This document shows positions 32,850 through 40,045 of a DNA stretch of 49,564 nucleotides, piece after piece. Made by a program: the position numbers and the translations under genes. The notes under the pieces are model-generated. The model was not told the origin of the DNA and did not search any database. It worked only from the letters and a program-made list of their open reading frames with translations. The stretch spans positions 1 through 49,564 of the forward strand of contig JAUSGZ010000007.1 of assembly GCA_030648715.1 (NCBI GenBank), given 5' to 3'. Position 1 is the stretch's first letter, and each line of letters starts with the position of its first letter. This DNA is from a bacterium (GTDB lineage Bacteria > Patescibacteriota > Patescibacteriia > Buchananbacterales > GWA2-38-13).

Positions 32850-33980
32850 TCAGTGCAGGAGCGAGTGATAGAGCGCCAAGAGCTGATCGCCCACTACCGT
32901 CCAGCGGTACTTCGTGAGCACGGCCTCATGGCCGGCCTTCCCGCAGGCATCAGCCCGAGGCGGGTCGTCCAACAATTGCGTCAATTTTTCCGCCAAATCA
33001 GCGGCGTCGCCGGGTTTCGCCAACAAGCCGGCGCCATTTCCGACCACCGTGCGCACGCCCGGCAACGCCGTGGCCACGACCGGCTTCTGCACCGCCATCG
33101 CCTCCAGGAGCGCGACGCCGAACGCCTCGGAACGCGTGACCGAAGGCAACGTGACCACGTCCGCCAATCGGTAGTGGTCCGGCAGGTCGTTGGTCGGAAT
33201 GGCGCCGGTAAACCGCACGCGGGCGGCGAGACCGGATCGTTCGGCCATACGGCGGTACCGCTCCAGGAATCCGCCGCCGCCGACGACCACCAGCCGCACG
33301 TCTTGCGGCAAACGGGTCATTGCTTCCAACAATACCGGCACCCCCTTGAAGTAGTGCGCGGCATCCAGACTGCCGACAAATAGCACGATGCGCGCTCCCT
33401 GCAACCCGTACTCCACCACCAACCGTTGGGGCTTGGGCCCGGGCGTGAACCGCCGCGCTTCAACGCCGTTGGGCAGCACCGTGAAACGCTGCGGATCGCG
33501 CGAGATCATCGAGGACAGCTTCCCCTGTTGCGCGTAGTCCAACGACAGCACCACGATACGATCGGCCGCGCGCACCAGGGACGGGAGTACTGCACGCTGC
33601 CAGCCCCGCAACAGGATACCGCGCAAACCTGGCGCCAGCAGATCCATATGATAGTGCAACACCAGCCGCGGATGGCGGCGGCGGAACGCCCGCAGCACCG
33701 GACGGGCAGCGCCGATAAAGGGATAGTGCAGGTGTACCAGCGCAAAACCATCGAGCATTGCGGCAAGCGTCGGCAACAACGCTGCGTTGCCAATGGTCAA
33801 CGCGGGACGCAGGTACACGACTCGGAAATCGGGATGATCGAGCCGGGAGCGGCCGTAGTCGGGGGTAAAAACGGTCACCTCATAGCCGGCCGTGCTCAAC
33901 ACGCGCGCATGATGGTAGGCAATGACGCCGATACCCCCGCCGTACGGAGGCATGACCGGAGTAACGATGGCGATCCGCAT
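32850..33980 (-). CDS. GT-B glycosyltransferase (family 4-like)
   Basis: 376 aa. MRIAIVTPVMPPYGGGIG N-terminus and SEAFGVALLEAMAVQKPVVAT. Confidence 0.85.
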   Translation of the reverse strand: MRIAIVTPVMPPYGGGIGVIAYHHARVLSTAGYEVTVFTPDYGRSRLDHPDFRVVYLRPALTIGNAALLPTLAAMLDGFALVHLHYPFIGAARPVLRAFRRRHPRLVLHYHMDLLAPGLRGILLRGWQRAVLPSLVRAADRIVVLSLDYAQQGKLSSMISRDPQRFTVLPNGVEARRFTPGPKPQRLVVEYGLQGARIVLFVGSLDAAHYFKGVPVLLEAMTRLPQDVRLVVVGGGGFLERYRRMAERSGLAARVRFTGAIPTNDLPDHYRLADVVTLPSVTRSEAFGVALLEAMAVQKPVVATALPGVRTVVGNGAGLLAKPGDAADLAEKLTQLLDDPPRADACGKAGHEAVLTKYRWTVVGDQLLALYHSLLH

Positions 33981-33984
33981 ATGG

Positions 33985-35046
33985 TTACCAGCGGATCAGC
34001 GGCAACACCGCCCGCCAATACCCGCCAAAGACGATATTTGCCACCCGCGTCGTTCCCGTGGACGGCGAATCCTGAAATTCTATCCGGCTGACAAACCGCT
34101 TCACGACCTCGCGGTCGGGCACCCGCCGCAGCCGCTGCACCTCGCGTCGCCGCCGCCACAGCGGCAGCCACGTCGAGGGCCGAAAAAAATAGGCATGGGC
34201 CGCCAGCAGTTGGCGCAAAAACCCGTGCCGGATCGAAAGGCAGATCATGCCGCCATCCACCACCAGCACCGCGGGTACCAAGAGCGCGAGCGTCCGCCAC
34301 CGGTAATGCGTCATCAGGACGCGAATGCGGTTCCGCTCCATCCAATACCATTTCGTAACGCTGCGGGAAAACTCGTACTTATGGTAGACCACGGACTGCG
34401 GCGCCACCACGCACCGGTAACCCGCCAGCCAAAGGCGCCATCCCAGCTCCAGGTCCTCATGGTACATGAACAGCGGCCCGTCCAACAGGCCGACCTGCCG
34501 CAGGACCGCACACCGCAGCAACACGGCGGCGCCCGACGGGTAGGCGATATCGCGCACCGTCAACGGCGCATCCGGCATCCCGTTCCCTCCGGCATAGCCA
34601 AATCCCATGAAATGAATGGCATTGCCCCAGCTATTGATCTTCGCCGTGCCGTACAACAAGAGCTTGGATTGCACCGCGGCGATCACGACATCCGTTTCCG
34701 CCACGCTCTGGACTTCCCGCAAGAACCTGGGGGTCACGACGGTGTCCTGGTTAAGGAGATAGGCATAGTCAAAACCGCGGTCCAGGGCATACTGGAGTCC
34801 GCGGTTATTGGCACCCGCAAATCCGGTATTGGTATCCTGTACCAGCACGGTCACGCGCGGAAACGCCTGGCGGATGTATTCCACCGTACCGTCGCCCGAC
34901 GCATTGTCCACCGCGACGATCTCCCAGCGGTCGGCGGGATAATCAACCGCGTGCAACGACGATAAACAATCCGGCAGATACTGACGGCCATCGTAAGTGG
35001 CAATAATGACGGCAATGCGGGGCAGCATTGTTGAGGGAGGAACCAT
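33985..35046 (-). CDS. GT2 glycosyltransferase (rhamnosyltransferase-like)
   Basis: 353 aa. IAVIIATYDGRQYL, VDNASGDGT, NTGFAGANNRG. Confidence 0.85.
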   Translation of the reverse strand: MVPPSTMLPRIAVIIATYDGRQYLPDCLSSLHAVDYPADRWEIVAVDNASGDGTVEYIRQAFPRVTVLVQDTNTGFAGANNRGLQYALDRGFDYAYLLNQDTVVTPRFLREVQSVAETDVVIAAVQSKLLLYGTAKINSWGNAIHFMGFGYAGGNGMPDAPLTVRDIAYPSGAAVLLRCAVLRQVGLLDGPLFMYHEDLELGWRLWLAGYRCVVAPQSVVYHKYEFSRSVTKWYWMERNRIRVLMTHYRWRTLALLVPAVLVVDGGMICLSIRHGFLRQLLAAHAYFFRPSTWLPLWRRRREVQRLRRVPDREVVKRFVSRIEFQDSPSTGTTRVANIVFGGYWRAVLPLIRW

Positions 35047-35049
35047 GAA

Positions 35050-35433
35050 TTATGGGGTCGGGCCGGCCGGATCGATCCGATCCCCTGATTCCTTATTCTT
35101 CATCCCCAATTCCCCGCGCCGCAGCGCCTCGTGCCGCACGATCTCGGTGATCTCGCGCTCGACGCGCTCAACACGGGCAAGCAACCAGGAAACCAGGACA
35201 AAAAGCGCTACGATCGAAGTAAAGATGAGCAGGTCTGCGCCTCGGCCTACCCCGACCCAGCGCGCCACCACGTCGGTTGCATGCGGAAACCATGCGGCAG
35301 AAAGCACCCCCACCCAGAGCACCGACCATAGCACTGCCTCTCCCCCGCCCAGCTCATGCCGGTACTGCCGCCGCCAAACTTTGACCAGCAGCCAACCGAC
35401 AACAAGCGTGGTGATGATTTTCAGCATACTCAT
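35050..35433 (-). CDS. small membrane protein, DUF2304-like
   Basis: ATG at 35433 forms an ATGA overlap with the upstream GT2 stop. 127 aa, 4 TM plus a charged tail. It follows a GT2 gene, the typical context for this family. Confidence 0.55.
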   Translation of the reverse strand: MSMLKIITTLVVGWLLVKVWRRQYRHELGGGEAVLWSVLWVGVLSAAWFPHATDVVARWVGVGRGADLLIFTSIVALFVLVSWLLARVERVEREITEIVRHEALRRGELGMKNKESGDRIDPAGPTP

Positions 35434-36161
35434 CGAAAGAGACGGGAGAACAGCAGATCGCGGACGATCTTCCCCGCCTGCCACCACCCCTGACCTTTCG
35501 CGCGCGAATACTCCGTGTACCGGATACGGACGGGAGCCTCGGCAAACTGCAGCTTGCAACGGACGACCTCGTCGAGCAGCTCAGAGGCATGGGCCATGCC
35601 ATCCTGGCGGATGACCATGGCCGCGGCCGCATCGCGACGCAACGCGCGTAGGCCATTATGAGTATCGGTCAGCGGCAACCCCGTGCGCAGACGGTCGAAC
35701 CAGACGGCGGCGCGCAACAAAAATCGGCGCGCCGGCGGTACCTGTTGCGCTCCGTCGCCCAAAAACCGCGACCCGAATACGACATCGGCGAAACCCTGAC
35801 GGATCGGGGCCAATAACGCCGGAATGTCGCGACCGTCGTGCTGGCCGTCGGCGTCCACCGTCACGATCACATCTGCGTCCAACCCGAGCGCATAGGTGAT
35901 CCCGGTCTGCAGCGCCGCCCCCTGGCCGCGGTTCAAAAAATGCCGCACGACTGCGGCGCCTTCCGCCTGAGCGCTCCGGGCCGTCGCATCGGTAGAACCG
36001 TCATCGACCACCACAACGGCAGTAACATTCTGGCGCAGCCCCCGAATGACTGCGCCCACGGTCGCCTCTTCGTTGTACGCGGGAACCACCGCCACCACGT
36101 TCATAGCAAAGGAGGTAGGGTTGTAGTTGGGTAGTTGCGTAGGGTTTAAAAAAATCGGCAA
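35430..36161 (-). CDS. GT2 polyprenyl-phosphate glycosyltransferase (GtrB/DPM1-like)
   Basis: VAVVPAYNEEATVG, VVVDDGSTDAT, DADGQHD. The start is ambiguous. TTG at 36161 has a perfect AGGAGG plus 6-nt spacer. ATG at 36104 gives the canonical MNVVAVVPAYNEE N-terminus but has an anti-SD (CCTCC) upstream. Confidence 0.85.
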   Translation of the reverse strand: MPIFLNPTQLPNYNPTSFAMNVVAVVPAYNEEATVGAVIRGLRQNVTAVVVVDDGSTDATARSAQAEGAAVVRHFLNRGQGAALQTGITYALGLDADVIVTVDADGQHDGRDIPALLAPIRQGFADVVFGSRFLGDGAQQVPPARRFLLRAAVWFDRLRTGLPLTDTHNGLRALRRDAAAAMVIRQDGMAHASELLDEVVRCKLQFAEAPVRIRYTEYSRAKGQGWWQAGKIVRDLLFSRLFR

Positions 36162-36196
36162 CGACTACCTCCTACGTACTACAAACTACGAACGGG
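36105..36196 (-). promoter_or_regulatory. GTAG/CTAC-repeat structure containing an SD and a complementary anti-SD
   Basis: Plus strand aGGAGGTAG (36110-36118) is perfectly complementary to CTACCTCCt (36165-36173). The flanking GTAG repeats (36117-36140) are imperfectly complementary to the CTAC repeats (36171-36193). On the mRNA (minus) strand the SD AGGAGG is at 36173-36168. Confidence 0.4.
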
Positions 36197-37225
36197 TTAG
36201 AGCGCCTGGCGCTCCATGCCCACCAGCGGTTTGTTCGCTTTGGTGTATTCGATGATCTCCTTCAATCCATCCTCCAACATCACAACCGGGAACCAGCCCA
36301 ATTTTTCACGCGCCTGCCGGATATCCGGCATCCCTTGCGGCGACATGAACAGCAGCGGCTCCTCGTACACCACCTGGGAACGACTATCGGTCAGTTCAAT
36401 GATCTTTTTCGCCACGTCCGCGAGCTTGTATTCCAGGTCGGAACCGAAGTTCATCGGGCCGGTCTCACCGCTGCGCATGAATTTTACGAGGCCGCTCACC
36501 AGATCACTGACGTGACAGAAGGACGAAGAGAAGTCCTCGCTGCCGTAGATGACCAAGTCCTTGTTGTCCAGGGCGGCCGCGACGAAATCCGGCAGCATCT
36601 GGCCGTCGCTGAGCCGCATCCGCGAGCCGTAGGTGCGGAAAATGCGGGCGATCTTGGCATCCAAATTATGCACCTCACGGTAGGTCGTCACCAGGGTTTC
36701 CGCGAACCGCTTGCCCTCGTCATAGCAGGCGCGGGGGCTGATCGGATCCACGTACCCCCAGTACTCCTCCTGAAAAACCTTGAGGTCATCGCGGCGCGGC
36801 CCATAGATGACCGCGGAGGATGCTTGCAGCAGCTTGGCCTGATATTTTACCGCCAGATCCAAAACCGTTTTTACCCCCAGCGAATTGGCCAGCGCCGTTT
36901 CCACCCGCCGCGTCTCGAATTGCTTGGGCGAGGTCGGACAAGCCAGGTGGTAGATCTCCTGGATCCCCTGGAATTGGACGCGGAAGCGCTCCAACTCCCG
37001 CCGTTCATCCAACGCCAGCGGCTCGGTCAGGTCGACGCGCAAGAACACGAAATTCGGGTTGGACAGCAGGTGGTCGATATTGCGCTCGTCGCCGGAACTG
37101 AAATTATCCACGCAAATGACTTTGGCGGTCTTGACCAGTTCGTCGCACAGGTGCGAACCGATGAAACCGGCGCCGCCGGTCACCAGGATGTTCTTTTGGT
37201 CGAAGATCGGCTTGGTTGCAGGCAT
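36197..37225 (-). CDS. UDP-glucuronate decarboxylase-like SDR (UXS family)
   Basis: ATG at 37225 (MPATKPIFDQKNILVTGGAGFIGSHLCDELV). The track start at 37276 is a TTG. VDNFSSGDERN and the catalytic CYDEGKRFAE (YxxxK). Confidence 0.8.
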   Translation of the reverse strand: MPATKPIFDQKNILVTGGAGFIGSHLCDELVKTAKVICVDNFSSGDERNIDHLLSNPNFVFLRVDLTEPLALDERRELERFRVQFQGIQEIYHLACPTSPKQFETRRVETALANSLGVKTVLDLAVKYQAKLLQASSAVIYGPRRDDLKVFQEEYWGYVDPISPRACYDEGKRFAETLVTTYREVHNLDAKIARIFRTYGSRMRLSDGQMLPDFVAAALDNKDLVIYGSEDFSSSFCHVSDLVSGLVKFMRSGETGPMNFGSDLEYKLADVAKKIIELTDSRSQVVYEEPLLFMSPQGMPDIRQAREKLGWFPVVMLEDGLKEIIEYTKANKPLVGMERQAL

Positions 37226-37291
37226 AGGTGGTATTTTTACACGGCCACTATACCACGCGCGCGCGCTGCCGGGCAACGCCGCGGCGCGACG

Positions 37292-37750
37292 CTAATGGCG
37301 AAAAGCCCAAAATTTCGTGACCGTAAAATTCCATATCGTCGTGAATCCAATGGTCACGATATTGGCGGCAATGTCGTGCCAGCCGAACCGCTCGACCAGG
37401 ATGAAGAGCGCGATATTCGAGCCCACCCCGCTCACGAGGTTGGTGACGATGAACCGGCGGTAGTGATCCCGAGAACCCCCGCCGCCGACGCGGAAAGTCC
37501 AGCGCCGGTTCCAATAAAAGCTCCAGGAGACCGCGACCAGGAACGACAGAATGCTGCCGGCCAGAAAATACCAGCGCAGCCCGCGCGTCAGCAGCAGGTA
37601 GACGGTGAAATAGACCGCGACGTTGCTGGCGCCGACCAGGCAAAATTTGATGAACTGACGCGCCCCGCGATAACGGTCAAGAATCGGGAACCAGCGCGTG
37701 ATGACCCGCCGCGCCGCCACAACGCCGGAACGCAAGCGATCTGCGAGCAT
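37292..37750 (-). CDS. GtrA-like membrane protein (putative lipid-linked sugar translocase)
   Basis: 152 aa, 4 TM. FIKFCLVGASNVAVYFTVYLLL and the FxxxxxWxF-type C-terminus (NFTVTKFWAF). Confidence 0.8.
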   Translation of the reverse strand: MLADRLRSGVVAARRVITRWFPILDRYRGARQFIKFCLVGASNVAVYFTVYLLLTRGLRWYFLAGSILSFLVAVSWSFYWNRRWTFRVGGGGSRDHYRRFIVTNLVSGVGSNIALFILVERFGWHDIAANIVTIGFTTIWNFTVTKFWAFRH

Positions 37751-37757
37751 ACCAAAC

Positions 37758-40040
37758 TCAGCGGCCTGGATTAGCCAGGAACGTCACCCGTACGCCGCCG
37801 CGGAAGGTCGCGGCATGCGCGAAATACTCGCCTTTCAGAACGCCATCCATCGTCAACACCCGCACGTGCGGACCCCCGCCTTGCCCGACGCCCGTGATGA
37901 TCTCGTCCCTGCCGTCGTCATCCACGTCGCCCGCCGCCAGGGTCAAACCGGACTGCATGCTCGTCGCGTACGCGTAGAATTCTGCAACACGGGCATAGTC
38001 CGGAGCGCGAAACACCCGCACCAGCGGAGGGCCCGAACGGGCGACGCTCGCCAGCACCTCGTCGACCCCGTCCCCGTCAACGTCACCAGCGGCGACCGTC
38101 ACGCCGGTACGCGACAGGGCATTGTAGGCAAAAAATTGCCCCCGCCGGTTCCCGCTGCCGGAAAAGATGCGTACCTGCGGGCCGCCGCCCGCACCGGCGC
38201 CGGTGATGATCTCGTCGACCCCGTCCCCGTCGACGTCACCGGCGGCGACCGTCACGCCGCCGCGGAAAGTCGGCTCATATGCGTACCAGCTGGCGAGTTT
38301 TTCTCCGGCTGCCGTGAACACGGCGACCTGCGGCGCGGCGTTGCCCGCCACCGCGACGATGATCTCAGCCGACCCCTTGCCGTCGACATTGCCGACCGCC
38401 ACGTTCACGCCGTGCCGGGTTCTGCGGTCAAAGGCGAAGAACTGCCCCCGCACCTGACCTTCACGGCTGAAGATGCGCACGTGCGGGCCGCCGCCCGCAC
38501 CGGCGCCGGTGATGATCTCGTCGACCCCGTCCCCGTCGACGTCACCGGCGGCGACCGCGATGCTGCCGTTGAACGACGGCGCGTAGGCAAAGAACGATTT
38601 CAATTCCTTAAATGCGGAAGTGTGCATCTTGAGCTGCGGGAACGAACCGAAACCCAGAGCCGACACGATCAAGCCCGATGACTGCGACGGGGTTGTCGCG
38701 GACGAACTGCGATATGCAACGGTCTGCGTCACGGCCTTGGAAAGATTGATCTGCCCGCGGCCGATACGGCCGACATGCCGCGGGTTGGCGGTCGTAATGT
38801 CGTCGACGCTCGCCAGAAGGATATCGCGCACCGCCGCCGCGCTCAACTCCGGCCGCAGCGACCGGACGATCGCCGCCGCGCCGGAAATGATCGGCGCGGC
38901 CACCGAAGTACCGGCCCACGACCCTCCGTACGGTTGCGTGTAGCCCAAGCGCGTCGGGTCGACGACCAAAAGCCCGTAGAACTCCTGCCCGGGCGCCGCC
39001 AGGTCAACACAGCCCTTCCCGTAGTTGGAAAAACTGGACAGCTGGCGCTGACGATTGAGCGCGACGACGCCGAGGATAAAATTTTCCTTGCTGCCCGCGT
39101 CAAGGCAGATCGGGTACGACGGCGTGAGCTCCAAGTCCTTGCCGGGCGTGCCATCACTGGTATTGCCCGCCGCCGCCACGATAACGACGTTCTTGTCGGC
39201 CGCCGCCTTCAGTCCATCGTAGAGCGCCTGGCTGAAGTCAACGCCAACGAAACTCAAATTGATGATATCCGCCCGCTGGGCGACGGCATATTCGACGGCG
39301 CGCAGCACATCGAACACTGTGCCGTTACCCTCCGCGTCCAGCACTCGCAACGCCATGATCTTGGCTTTCCAGCTCACCCCGGCGATGCCGACGCCATTAT
39401 GGCTGTCGGCGGCCGCAACGCCTGCCACGATGGTGCCGTGGTGGATAGCCTCGGGGAGGAACGCGCCGTCGAACCGCGGATTCGGATCGGGCGTGTTGCC
39501 GATGAAATCCCAGCCTTGCCAGTCATCGACGTAACCATTCTGGTCGTTATCCACGTGGTCGCCCGCGCGTTCCAACGAGTTGGTCCACAGCTTGCCGATC
39601 AACTCCGGCTGGTCGGTATCCACCCCGGTGTCCACCACGGCAATGACCGGCGTTTTCACCTGCTGGCCTTCTTCCTCCAGCAACTCGGCCGACCACGCGT
39701 CGCGCGCTTGGATGGCCGCCAGATACCACTGTTTGGCGTAGTCTGGGTCACTCGGGAACGCACTGGCCTGAACGCGAAAATTCGGCTCCACATACGCGAC
39801 GTCCAACCGCTGCCGGTATTCCTCCGCGACGGTGGCGAGACTGACGTCATCGGCAAAACGCAAACGCAGGACGCCGCCTGAACGCAGACCGACCAGCAAT
39901 TCCGCAGGCTGCGGGTGACTGACGGCCGTTGGCGCCGGCACCGGCCAGGCGCCGACCACGATCGCGCACGCCGCCAACACCAACCGCCACGGTCGGACCG
40001 AGGAGGGTGCGGCGCTGAAGTGCGGCGGATGCTGCGCCAT
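37758..40040 (-). CDS. secreted S8 (subtilisin-like) serine protease with C-terminal FG-GAP/VCBS-type repeats
   Basis: 760 aa with a signal peptide. Catalytic triad contexts VIAVVDTGVD, HGTIVAGVAAA and GTSVAAPIISGAAA. Five repeats of AAGDVDGDGVDEIITGAGAGGGPxVRIF type. Confidence 0.9.
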   Translation of the reverse strand: MAQHPPHFSAAPSSVRPWRLVLAACAIVVGAWPVPAPTAVSHPQPAELLVGLRSGGVLRLRFADDVSLATVAEEYRQRLDVAYVEPNFRVQASAFPSDPDYAKQWYLAAIQARDAWSAELLEEEGQQVKTPVIAVVDTGVDTDQPELIGKLWTNSLERAGDHVDNDQNGYVDDWQGWDFIGNTPDPNPRFDGAFLPEAIHHGTIVAGVAAADSHNGVGIAGVSWKAKIMALRVLDAEGNGTVFDVLRAVEYAVAQRADIINLSFVGVDFSQALYDGLKAAADKNVVIVAAAGNTSDGTPGKDLELTPSYPICLDAGSKENFILGVVALNRQRQLSSFSNYGKGCVDLAAPGQEFYGLLVVDPTRLGYTQPYGGSWAGTSVAAPIISGAAAIVRSLRPELSAAAVRDILLASVDDITTANPRHVGRIGRGQINLSKAVTQTVAYRSSSATTPSQSSGLIVSALGFGSFPQLKMHTSAFKELKSFFAYAPSFNGSIAVAAGDVDGDGVDEIITGAGAGGGPHVRIFSREGQVRGQFFAFDRRTRHGVNVAVGNVDGKGSAEIIVAVAGNAAPQVAVFTAAGEKLASWYAYEPTFRGGVTVAAGDVDGDGVDEIITGAGAGGGPQVRIFSGSGNRRGQFFAYNALSRTGVTVAAGDVDGDGVDEVLASVARSGPPLVRVFRAPDYARVAEFYAYATSMQSGLTLAAGDVDDDGRDEIITGVGQGGGPHVRVLTMDGVLKGEYFAHAATFRGGVRVTFLANPGR
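38176..38557. repeat. 76-bp perfect direct repeat pair (38176-38251 and 38482-38557), offset 306 bp
   Basis: Both copies read tgcgggccgccgcccgcaccggcgccggtgatgatctcgtcgaccccgtccccgtcgacgtcaccggcggcgaccg. They encode two FG-GAP repeats of the S8 protein. A more diverged copy lies near 38035-38100. Confidence 0.95.
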
Positions 40041-40045
40041 GCTGT

